From positions 1-43,277 of IMG/VR virus record IMGVR_UViG_3300047561_000165: a DNA stretch of 43,277 nucleotides; one strand, given 5' to 3'. Position 1 is the first letter of the stretch. Every line of letters starts with the position of its first letter. Of this stretch, positions 1 through 7,819 are shown piece after piece. The stretch is from a virus (taxonomy: Duplodnaviria; Caudoviricetes). Under the pieces are notes generated by a model. That model saw only the letters and a list, made by a program, of their open reading frames with translations. It had not been told where the DNA came from and ran no database searches. Position numbers and translations under genes: made by a program.

Positions 1-324
1 GCCCTCTAGCCAGAGGGCGCGAGCGGCGGCAACGAACGCACCCTTGTGACCTGCCCCCGGCGTGGCGGCGTGACAAAGTTCATGCACGAGAATCGCGGCA
101 ACCTCCATCGGCTCCGCAACAACAGGCGAGATAAAAATCTCGTTGTGTCCATCAGCACTGGCGGCAGGTGCCCAATGCTCACCTATCGCCTTGTTTAAAC
201 TGCGCGCCTTGCTCGATGGCAACCCGCAAGTGACGCGGATTTTCTCTGGCAGGGGAAACCCTGCTTGGTCGAACAGGGGACGCAACTCCCCGACAAGCGT
301 CATCAGCCATTCTTCTCGATTCAT
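1..324 (-). CDS. SprT-like zinc metallopeptidase domain protein (truncated by window edge)
   Basis: Not in the ORF track. Hand translation from ATG at 324: MNREEWLMTLVGELRPLF...EIFISP...AILVHELCHAATPGAGHKGAF, an HExxH motif plus downstream H. The ATG overlaps the TGA of the upstream gene. Confidence 0.75.
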   Translation of the reverse strand, partial: MNREEWLMTLVGELRPLFDQAGFPLPEKIRVTCGLPSSKARSLNKAIGEHWAPAASADGHNEIFISPVVAEPMEVAAILVHELCHAATPGAGHKGAFVAAARALWLEG

Positions 325-503
325 TTTGTTCCCCTTGCATCGATATAAATTGAAGTACAACGTTCTATGTGGACAACGCCACGGCTATCGGTCCAGTGCT
401 CACCGCAACCGGACGCCCAAGAAAACAATGCAAGGCCCAACCAAGCGCCAAGCAGAACAACGGTCAGGACGGCGACCGCCATCCTCAATGCATCTCTCAG
501 CAT
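321..503 (-). CDS. small membrane protein (~60 aa)
   Basis: The track ORF 321-614 more likely starts at ATG 503 (MLRDALRM...), which has a GGAG RBS. One hydrophobic helix AVAVLTVVLLGAWLGLALFSW. Confidence 0.6.
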   Translation of the reverse strand: MLRDALRMAVAVLTVVLLGAWLGLALFSWASGCGEHWTDSRGVVHIERCTSIYIDARGTK

Positions 504-513
504 GTGAATCTCC

Positions 514-849
514 TCAATAGTTGTAGCTGGTTGAAATGTCGACCACGTACTCACGCTTCGACACGCGCTTTGCAGTGGCCGAGATGCTGGCGCACCCGCA
601 ACAGTCCCACTCATGACGGCACCCTGAGTGACTGAAATAGGTGTTGATTGCGCGGGTCAGGTCGCGACCCGCAAGAGTGGAAGGGGCGACAACGCGGTGA
701 CGGCGAACGCCGCCATCGTCGAAGTCGCGCGGCTCGCGAACCATGCGCCCCGCAAGCATCTTGACCTCGCCAACGTAGACCTCCGAGTCAAGGTCACGGT
801 ATGCATCGCGATAGCCGAATGAGGTCCGTTCGTACAAGTGAATGAACAT
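514..849 (-). CDS. hypothetical early protein with a Cys/His cluster (CRHEWDCCGC)
   Basis: Likely start ATG 849 (MFIHLYER) after GGAG. Cys-rich putative metal-binding motif near the C-terminus. Confidence 0.65.
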   Translation of the reverse strand: MFIHLYERTSFGYRDAYRDLDSEVYVGEVKMLAGRMVREPRDFDDGGVRRHRVVAPSTLAGRDLTRAINTYFSHSGCRHEWDCCGCASISATAKRVSKREYVVDISTSYNY

Positions 850-913
850 AGTTATCTCCAGTAGTGAATCGTCATCCCCATGCACCGCAAGCGATGCATG
901 AGGCTGGCAGGAC

Positions 914-1102
914 TCAGTCTTCGTAGTCGTACTCTTCAGGGTGCCGTTGCGGTGGACCCTTGTAGTAGGGGTTTTGCACCCAAGTGTCGTAGTTGGTCAG
1001 AATCCATTGGCGGTCTTGGCGTTCATGCCCTACGTTGAAGGCGTATTCAGTGCATGCCTCGGCGTCGGTCGCGAGGCGGTCTTCGTAGTCGTACATGGTC
1101 AT
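914..1102 (-). CDS. small acidic hypothetical early protein
   Basis: 62-aa ORF, ATGA overlap with the upstream gene, phage-like WILTNYDTWVQNPYY..P..HPE motif. Confidence 0.7.
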   Translation of the reverse strand: MTMYDYEDRLATDAEACTEYAFNVGHERQDRQWILTNYDTWVQNPYYKGPPQRHPEEYDYED

Positions 1103-1266
1103 CCCCTTTTGGTACGTAGCAGTTGGACTGCGCGAATCTCGTCAATTTCAGCCCACAGTTTCGCCACGTAGGCTGGACTGTGAACCCCATCGCCCGCCTT
1201 CAGCGTGGCGTGGCAATCAGCCAGTGCATAGGCGAGCATGGCGTTGGTGTAGCGTTTAAATCTCAT
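1099..1266 (-). CDS. small hypothetical early protein (55 aa)
   Basis: Below the track cutoff. AAGGAG RBS, then MRFKRYTNAMLAYALADCHATLKAGDGVHSPAYVAKLWAEIDEIRAVQLLRTKRG*; stop overlaps the next start. Confidence 0.7.
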   Translation of the reverse strand: MRFKRYTNAMLAYALADCHATLKAGDGVHSPAYVAKLWAEIDEIRAVQLLRTKRG

Positions 1267-1329
1267 GGTCATCTCCTTAGTGATTGCATCCTGCTGACCC
1301 CTGAAGCAAGGGTCAGTCAGATGAAATCT

Positions 1330-1560
1330 CTCTCAGCCGTTGCAGTCAGCGTCCTATGTAGGTAGGTGGACGCTAGTCGCGAGTGGTGTTCTCACTCGGC
1401 TGGCTTGCCCCTCGCGGGGGACTCGGCACTCGCCACTCCTGTCACTGAGTGGGTCAAAGCGGTCGGGCGTCTCATCTCGTTCGGTTGCTTGGTCCCCATC
1501 CGGGGAGCAGTGCCTACTAGCCTTTGCCCGTCTCGGTCATCAACAACACAACCGAGAGAC
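1330..1560 (-). ncRNA. candidate structured 5' leader RNA of the early operon
   Basis: No credible ORF; at least 6 local hairpins and several long-range complementary pairs directly downstream of a promoter. Confidence 0.45.
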
Positions 1561-1563
1561 TGC

Positions 1564-1593
1564 ATAGTAGCACTACTGTTTAAACAAGTGCAA
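1564..1593 (-). promoter_or_regulatory. sigma70-type leftward promoter with TGTTTAAACA palindrome in the spacer
   Basis: Minus strand TTGCAC (1593-1588), 18 nt, TACTAT (1569-1564). Confidence 0.6.
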
Positions 1594-1630
1594 GTGCCAG
1601 TGATGACAAGTTGTCGCAGGGTGACAACGC

Positions 1631-1666
1631 CACGTGCGTGCGCGTGTGTATGCGCGTGTATGCGTG
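1631..1666. repeat. 36-bp alternating pyrimidine-purine tract
   Basis: cacgtgcgtgcgcgtgtgtatgcgcgtgtatgcgtg alternates Y/R throughout. Confidence 0.85.
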
Positions 1667-1727
1667 ACGCGCGCCTGATTTCTTTTTAGATGGCATCCAG
1701 ATTCTGGACACCATCGTTCTAGGCGAG

Positions 1728-1966
1728 TTATCCACAACTGTATGAATACCCATATGCCTCGAAATCCCCCTTTAAACGGCCTCAGAGCGATTTAAATGCT
1801 TTTGCATACGGATGCCTTGGTGCTATCACGTTCGTCGATTCTGGAGGGTTTCCCAGTAAACATGCGGGTTCCAGAGGGGGTCTGAACCTGTATATCCGTA
1901 CAGTGTGGATAAGCTGTGGATAACGTTATTAGAAATTGTCCACAGGCTATTCACAAGTTATCCACA
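1728..1966. promoter_or_regulatory. DnaA-box cluster
   Basis: TTATCCACA at 1728-1736 and 1958-1966; TGTGGATAA at 1904-1912 and 1915-1923; near matches TTGTCCACA 1936-1944 and CTATTCACA 1947-1955. Confidence 0.8.
1888..1903. promoter_or_regulatory. LexA (SOS) box
   Basis: CTGTATATCCGTACAG fits the beta/gammaproteobacterial consensus CTGT-N8-ACAG. Confidence 0.7.
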
Positions 1967-2033
1967 GGGGTAGAATGCGAACAGGTTTAAACGGTACGAG
2001 CGCGTACCAAGTAACGAATGAGGGGTTGGTCCA

Positions 2034-2657
2034 ATGAGCAGAGATGAATGGGATGGTGATGCTGGCGAGGACGGTCAGAGCGATAGCGTGGATGAGAACC
2101 CCGCATCAAGCACGAACGTTGCAGGCCCCGGCATCCGTAGGGAAGTACTAGAGATGATAGAGGGCACCAAAGAGAGAAAAAGAGTGGATGGAAAGGCATG
2201 GGGAGTGAAGACAGATGCACCAAGGATTACTCCTAAGATGAGGCAGTTCGCGTCCCTTGTTGCTCAAGGCAATAGTCCACGAGACGCATATAGGAAAGCC
2301 TATGCAGTGCGCTCAGATACGGCGGAGTCGACAGTGATTGCCAGTGCGAACAAATTGATGAAGGACTCGCGCATATCAGGACTCATGGAGCCCATCTGGG
2401 AGTCGATAAAACAGAACGTAATCGATGACGCAATCGCCACTAGACGCCACGTTCTAGAGCAGTTGCATACCCATGCATCAGACGCCAACGTGCGCACCAG
2501 TGACCGTTTAAAGGCCCTAGAACTGATGGGCAAAGCTATCGGCATGTTCGTAGACAAGTCTGAACAGAAGGTGGAGCAGGTCGACCCTGAACAGTTGAAG
2601 CGTGAGCTTGACTCTCACCTCAAGGCATTCAAGCTGAGAGCAGTTGGTTCCACGTGA
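2034..2657 (+). CDS. terS: terminase small subunit
   Basis: ITPKMRQFA...NSPRDAYRKAY...ASANKLM HTH and DRLKALELMGKAIGMFVDK motif typical of TerS; upstream of TerL. Confidence 0.8.
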   Translation: MSRDEWDGDAGEDGQSDSVDENPASSTNVAGPGIRREVLEMIEGTKERKRVDGKAWGVKTDAPRITPKMRQFASLVAQGNSPRDAYRKAYAVRSDTAESTVIASANKLMKDSRISGLMEPIWESIKQNVIDDAIATRRHVLEQLHTHASDANVRTSDRLKALELMGKAIGMFVDKSEQKVEQVDPEQLKRELDSHLKAFKLRAVGST

Positions 2658-2660
2658 AAC
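2647..2660. promoter_or_regulatory. parS-like palindrome
   Basis: GTTCCACGTGAAAC matches the 14-bp core of the widespread chromosomal parS consensus TGTTNCACGTGAAACA; overlaps the terS stop. Confidence 0.6.
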
Positions 2661-2728
2661 GATAGTTCTGGTCTAGACGATAGTGCAAGCGCAGAGCATG
2701 ATGCAAGCGCAGAGGATAGTTCTGGTCT
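2661..2728. repeat. A-B-B-A direct repeat array
   Basis: GATAGTTCTGGTCT at 2661-2674 and 2715-2728 flanks TGCAAGCGCAGAG at 2684-2696 and 2702-2714. Confidence 0.8.
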
Positions 2729-2947
2729 GGAGAACATGCTAGCCCCGAGGATGGTTCTAGTTGGCGGTACGGACACCCACCGGTACCCCACCCCCGCGTA
2801 TCGGGGGTACGTCCATCGTCACACCCTACACTCTATTCCACACATCCCATCACCACCTTCCCATCCCACACTATCACCCCTCGCACGAACACACTACCCC
2901 CAGAAGCACATCGTGCGTATACCTCCCCCCATATCGTTTTTTACTAC

Positions 2948-2975
2948 TTGACTTGTTTAAACATAACCATAGAAT
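2948..2975 (+). promoter_or_regulatory. sigma70-type rightward promoter with TGTTTAAACA palindrome in the spacer
   Basis: TTGACT (2948-2953), 16 nt, TAGAAT (2970-2975). Confidence 0.65.
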
Positions 2976-3017
2976 ACCCCCCCATACGAACGTTCGTGTT
3001 TCTACCGGGGGGGGTAT

Positions 3018-3269
3018 ATGTTTGAAAAGCAAGAAGGACTGACCCCTAGGCAGGAGCTAGTCTTAGAGTTTGTGCATGCGTATATCAAGCTCAAGGGGTA
3101 TCCGCCTTCGTATAACAACATTGCACAGGGTTTGAAGTTAAAGAGTAGGTCTAACATTCATAGGCTTGTGCATACATTGAGGCAAAAGGGTTACCTAAGA
3201 GTGCAAGCTCACAAGTTTAGGAGTTTGAAGGTGGCCGATAAGGGCATTAAGAAGATACTTGCGCTATGA
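3018..3269 (+). CDS. LexA-type DNA-binding domain protein without a peptidase domain
   Basis: LTPRQELVLEFV...GYPPSYNNIAQGLKLKSRSNIHRLVHTLRQKGYL resembles the LexA N-terminal winged helix; only 83 aa. Confidence 0.8.
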   Translation: MFEKQEGLTPRQELVLEFVHAYIKLKGYPPSYNNIAQGLKLKSRSNIHRLVHTLRQKGYLRVQAHKFRSLKVADKGIKKILAL

Positions 3270-3309
3270 GCCTTATGAAGAAGCACGTAGTGCGTATGAG
3301 AAGGCTTCC

Positions 3310-4815
3310 ATGAGCCTTCTTACAAAACAGGAAGTAAAGGATTACCGGAAGCTGTTAGACACGCTGCCGGCGAATCATCCTAATATCGTTAAGATTGCTC
3401 AGTTGCTTAAAGCGGATAAAGTTGAGCGTTGTAAAGAGAACTTCCTGCCGTTTGTAAAAGAAATGTGGCCTGTATTCATATCAGGAAGGCATCATCAAAT
3501 CATGGCAGAGGCGTTTGAAAGAGTTGCTGCGGGCGATTTGAAGAGGCTAATCATTAACATGCCTCCTCGCCACACTAAGAGTGAGTTTGCCTCTTATCTA
3601 TTCCCTGCGTGGTTTTTGGGTAAGTTCCCAGAGAAAAAGATTATCCAAACCGCGCATACAGCGGAGCTAGCAGTTGGGTTTGGTAGGAAGGTGAGAAACG
3701 CGGTTAACACCCCGGAATATCAGGCAATCTTTCCAACAAAGTTATCCACAGACTCAAAAGCAGCAGGACGTTGGAATACAAATAAGGGTGGTGATTACTT
3801 CGCTATCGGCGTTGGCGGAGCCGTAACAGGTAAAGGTGCAGACGTTCTAATCATTGATGACCCGCACTCAGAGCAGGAAGCAATGCTGGGCAACCCCGCA
3901 GTCTATGACCGCGTCTTTGAGTGGTACAACGCAGGACCTAGGCAGCGTCTCCAGCCGGGAGGTGCAATTGTGGTGGTGATGACCAGATGGTCTAAGAGAG
4001 ACTTAACGGGTCACATCATCAACAACGCAATCAAGAGAGATGCAGATGAATGGGAAGTCATAGAACTTCCTGCCCTGATGCCTTCGGGTAAACCTTTGTG
4101 GCCTGAGTTCTGGAGCCAAAAAGAACTAGAGGCAATCAAAACTGAACTCCCTGTAAGTAAATGGGAAGCTCAGTATCAGCAGAATCCAACTTCTGAAGAA
4201 GGGGCAATCATCAAAAGGGAGATGTGGAGAGTCTGGGAAAAAGACGACCCACCTCCTTGTGAGTACATGATTCAGTCTTGGGATACAGCCTTTGAGAAGA
4301 GTTCAAGGGCTGACTACTCCGCTTGTACAACATGGGGCGTGTTCTATCATCCTAATGAGAATGGAGATGAGATAGCCAACATCATCCTATTGGATGCGTT
4401 TAAAGAAAGGATGGAGTTCCCGGCTTTAAAAAAGAAAGCATTAGAGATGTACAAAGAATGGGAGCCTGATTCTCTAATCATTGAAAAGAAAGCCGCCGGC
4501 GCTCCCTTAATTTATGAACTCAGGCAACTTGGTATTCCTTTGTCTGAATACACACCATCAAGAGGCAATGATAAGATTGCCCGTGTAAACGCAATATCGG
4601 ATGTATTTGCCTCTGGGTTAGTGTGGGCACCAGCTACCAGATGGGCAGAGGAGTTAGTTGAAGAGGTTGCGTCTTTCCCTAACGGGGACCACGACGACCT
4701 TGTGGATTCTACAAGTCAGGCTCTTCTTAGATTCAGGCAAGGCGGTTTCATTAGGTTGGAATCAGACATGAAAGAAGAAGAGCCAGTGTTTAAACGCAAA
4801 ATGGCGTATTACTAA
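3310..4815 (+). CDS. terL: terminase large subunit
   Basis: Walker A-like NMPPRHTKSE, Walker B VLIIDDPH, VVMTRW, nuclease QSWDTA and HDDLVDS. ATG 3310 preferred over TTG 3259. Confidence 0.95.
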   Translation: MSLLTKQEVKDYRKLLDTLPANHPNIVKIAQLLKADKVERCKENFLPFVKEMWPVFISGRHHQIMAEAFERVAAGDLKRLIINMPPRHTKSEFASYLFPAWFLGKFPEKKIIQTAHTAELAVGFGRKVRNAVNTPEYQAIFPTKLSTDSKAAGRWNTNKGGDYFAIGVGGAVTGKGADVLIIDDPHSEQEAMLGNPAVYDRVFEWYNAGPRQRLQPGGAIVVVMTRWSKRDLTGHIINNAIKRDADEWEVIELPALMPSGKPLWPEFWSQKELEAIKTELPVSKWEAQYQQNPTSEEGAIIKREMWRVWEKDDPPPCEYMIQSWDTAFEKSSRADYSACTTWGVFYHPNENGDEIANIILLDAFKERMEFPALKKKALEMYKEWEPDSLIIEKKAAGAPLIYELRQLGIPLSEYTPSRGNDKIARVNAISDVFASGLVWAPATRWAEELVEEVASFPNGDHDDLVDSTSQALLRFRQGGFIRLESDMKEEEPVFKRKMAYY

Positions 4816-7232
4816 TGTCTATTGAAAAATCTCTCTACGCGGCACCTGAAGGTCTTGAGGCTCTCGATGATGGAGAGGAGCTAGATATTGAGGTTAATGA
4901 CGATATTGAATTGGGCTCAGACCAAGAGCCTCCAGAAGAACCTATTGGGTTTGATGAAAACCTTGTAGAGCACCTAAATCCGGGGATTGTTGAAGAGCTT
5001 GTCTCCGACATCATCTCTGACTTTGATGATGACATCTCTTCCCGTAGAGACTGGATTAAAGCTTATGTTGACGGTCTTGAGCTTCTAGGACTTAAGATTG
5101 AAGAGCGTATGGACCCGTGGCCCGGCGCTTGCGGGGTCTACCATCCACTTCTCTCTGAGTCTCTGGTTAAGTTCCAAGCAGAGACAATCATGGAGATTTT
5201 CCCTGCCTCGGGGCCTGTAAAGACCGAAATCATAGGCAAGGAAACCCCAGAGAAGAAAGACGCCGCAGCTAGGGTGCAAGCCGATATGAACTATCGGTTA
5301 ACGGACGAGATGACCGAGTACCGCCCGGAGACAGAACGACTTCTGTGGGGACTGGGACTATCCGGCAACGCCTTCCGTAAGGTCTACGTTGACCCCGGTT
5401 TAAACAGGCAAACAGCTATCTTCGTTCCTGCGGAAGACGTTGTAGTGCCTTATGGTGCTTCTAATATAGAGACATCTCCTCGCGTCACTCATGTAATGAG
5501 AAAGACAGAGAATGAGCTTCGCCGTCTTCAAGTAATGGGTTTCTACGCCGATATTGACCTTGGCGAACCCAACAACACGATGGACGAGGTTGAGAAGAAG
5601 ATTGCCGAAAAGATGGGATTTCGGGCCACCTCAGACGATAGATACAAGTTGCTTGAGGTTCAGGTAAACCTAGACATTGAAGGCTTTGAGCATACGGACG
5701 AAGACGGAGAACCCACTGGCCTAGCATTGCCATACCTTGTCACTATTGAAAAAGGCAGCAACAAATGTCTTGCCATTCGCAGAAATTGGGAAGAAGGTGA
5801 TGAGACACACCAGAAACGCCAACATTTTGTTCATTATGGGTACATTCCCGGTTTTGGATTTTATTGTTTTGGTCTTATTCATCTTATTGGGGCTTTCGCC
5901 AAGTCTGGTACTTCTATCATTAGACAGTTGGTTGACGCCGGAACTCTTGCTAATCTGCCCGGAGGCTTTAAAACAAGAGGAATGCGGGTCAAAGGTGACG
6001 ATACCCCAATCGCCCCCGCAGAGTTCAGAGACGTTGATGTCCCATCAGGAGCAATCAAAGACAACTTGATGCTGCTTCCTTACAAGGAACCAAGCCAAGT
6101 CCTCCTAACGCTCTTAAATCAGATTGTTGAAGACGGACGTAGGTTTGCTAACACCGCAGACCTACAAGCCTCTGACATGTCTGCCAACGCCCCTGTAGGC
6201 ACCACGCTAGCTATTCTAGAGCGTACCCTCAAGGTGATGAGTGCGGTCCAAGCCCGCATCCATTACTCAATGAAGCAAGAGCTTCGTCTGCTAAAGAACA
6301 TCATCGCAGACTATACGCCCGAGGAGTATGAGTACGAACCAGCAGAAGGCGACAAGAAAGCCAAGAAATCTGACTATGACATGGTGGATGTTATCCCTGT
6401 GTCTGACCCCAACGCCGCAACTCTGTCTCAAAAAGTTGTCCAGTATCAGGCAGTTATCCAACTAGCACAGCAAGCCCCGCAACTGTATGACTTGGCTTAT
6501 CTGCATAGGCAAATGCTTGAAGTTTTAAGTATTCCAAATGCAGCTAAGTTAGTTGCACTAGAAGACGACCAAAAGCCAATGGACCCAATGTCTGAAAACA
6601 TTCAGGCAATGAAAGGCAAACCCCTAAAGGCGTTTATCTATCAGGACCAAGACGCTCATATTGCAGCGCACCAAGCGTTTATGCAAAACCCGGTGGTAAT
6701 GCAAACCATTGGTCAAAACCCGCAAGCCAACTTGATTATGGCGTCTCTGCAAGCGCACATTGCAGACCATCTAGGGTTCTCTTATAGAGCAAAACTAGAG
6801 AAGCAAATGGGCGTCACGATGCCGCCGCCAGAAAAAGAAATGCCTAAAGAGCTTGAGGTTGAACTGTCTAAGCTTATTGCTGTTGCATCGCAGCAATTGC
6901 TTCAGGCAGACAAAGCCCAAGCCCAGCAGCAGCAAGCCCAGCAACAAGCTCAAGACCCACTTGTACAACTGCAACAAGCAGAACTACAACAGAAAGGGCA
7001 AGAGATTCAACGCAAAGCAGCAAAAGACCAAGTTGACGCTCAAATCAAAGGGCAACAACTTCAGATTGAAAGGGAAAGAATCCAACAACAAGCGCAAACA
7101 GACGCAATGCGTATCCAAGCGCAAACGCAACAGGCCCAAGCCCGTAATGAGCATGACCATGACCTTGAAAGAACCCGTTTGGGGGTTCAAACAGCCATTG
7201 AACAAGCCAGATTACGTAAAGGTCAGCAATGA
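4815..7232 (+). CDS. portal protein (P22-like, Gln-rich C-terminal coil)
   Basis: 805 aa directly after TerL; HPLLSESLVKFQA, GFGFYCFGL and APVGTTLA segments; QQ-rich C-terminal helix. Confidence 0.85.
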   Translation: MSIEKSLYAAPEGLEALDDGEELDIEVNDDIELGSDQEPPEEPIGFDENLVEHLNPGIVEELVSDIISDFDDDISSRRDWIKAYVDGLELLGLKIEERMDPWPGACGVYHPLLSESLVKFQAETIMEIFPASGPVKTEIIGKETPEKKDAAARVQADMNYRLTDEMTEYRPETERLLWGLGLSGNAFRKVYVDPGLNRQTAIFVPAEDVVVPYGASNIETSPRVTHVMRKTENELRRLQVMGFYADIDLGEPNNTMDEVEKKIAEKMGFRATSDDRYKLLEVQVNLDIEGFEHTDEDGEPTGLALPYLVTIEKGSNKCLAIRRNWEEGDETHQKRQHFVHYGYIPGFGFYCFGLIHLIGAFAKSGTSIIRQLVDAGTLANLPGGFKTRGMRVKGDDTPIAPAEFRDVDVPSGAIKDNLMLLPYKEPSQVLLTLLNQIVEDGRRFANTADLQASDMSANAPVGTTLAILERTLKVMSAVQARIHYSMKQELRLLKNIIADYTPEEYEYEPAEGDKKAKKSDYDMVDVIPVSDPNAATLSQKVVQYQAVIQLAQQAPQLYDLAYLHRQMLEVLSIPNAAKLVALEDDQKPMDPMSENIQAMKGKPLKAFIYQDQDAHIAAHQAFMQNPVVMQTIGQNPQANLIMASLQAHIADHLGFSYRAKLEKQMGVTMPPPEKEMPKELEVELSKLIAVASQQLLQADKAQAQQQQAQQQAQDPLVQLQQAELQQKGQEIQRKAAKDQVDAQIKGQQLQIERERIQQQAQTDAMRIQAQTQQAQARNEHDHDLERTRLGVQTAIEQARLRKGQQ

Positions 7233-7423
7233 TTGATAAGTACCTACGTCTTCTAAATCAACAGATAGACGACAAAGTTGAACTTCTGCGTGAGGCAATC
7301 GGAAATGGTTCCGCTCGCGATTACGCAGAGTACAAAGGAATGGTTGGTGAGGTTAAAGGTCTACTTACCGCCCGTTTAAACGTAACAGACCTACTTGGAA
7401 AACTTGAGGAATCAGATGACTAA
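7229..7423 (+). CDS. small hypothetical head-module protein
   Basis: 64 aa, ATGA-coupled to the portal gene; DYAEYKGMVGEVKGL. Confidence 0.75.
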   Translation: MIDKYLRLLNQQIDDKVELLREAIGNGSARDYAEYKGMVGEVKGLLTARLNVTDLLGKLEESDD

Positions 7424-7808
7424 ACTCGTATTGGCTACAGAAAACGGCGAAGTACCTGAAAACGCCGAAGACAAAGCCAAACAACTACCCAGACCAGCCG
7501 GATATCACGTTCTTTGTGCTGTCCCAGAGGTTGAAGAAGAGTTTGAAAACGGACTTATTAAGTCTGCTTCTACTGTTCACTATGAAGAAATGCTAACCAC
7601 AGTGCTTTTTGTGGTGGCATTGGGTCCAGACGCATACAAAGACCCCAAAAAGTTCCCTTCCGGGCCTTGGTGCAAGCAGGGAGACTTCGTTCTAGTACGT
7701 CCAAACGCAGGTTCTAGGCTAGTAATCCACGGCAAAGACTTCCGTTTGATTAACGACGACACGATTGAAGCTGTTGTGGATGACCCCAGAGGAATTAAGC
7801 GTAAATAA
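7416..7808 (+). CDS. groES: GroES/Cpn10-like co-chaperonin
   Basis: LPRPAGYHVL...GLI...VVALGPDAY...WCKQGDFV...FRLINDDTIEAVV; start at ATG 7416 after GAGGA. Confidence 0.85.
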   Translation: MTKLVLATENGEVPENAEDKAKQLPRPAGYHVLCAVPEVEEEFENGLIKSASTVHYEEMLTTVLFVVALGPDAYKDPKKFPSGPWCKQGDFVLVRPNAGSRLVIHGKDFRLINDDTIEAVVDDPRGIKRK

Positions 7809-7819
7809 GGAGCTTAAAC

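Noticed and set aside
1340-1689. Plus-strand ORFs of 75 and 107 aa
   Set aside because: No convincing RBS, low-complexity translation (RACACVCACMR), and overlap with a promoter and structured leader.
1738-1753. Second SOS box CTGTATGAATACCATA
   Set aside because: The right half lacks the CAG at the required spacing; at best a degenerate site.
2736-3042. His/Pro-rich ORFs of 71 and 93 aa
   Set aside because: They are a by-product of the C/A-skewed tract and overlap a promoter.
3259-3309. TTG-initiated N-terminal extension of TerL in the ORF track
   Set aside because: ATG 3310 fits the ATGA coupling pattern used across the operon; the extension is not excluded but is less likely.
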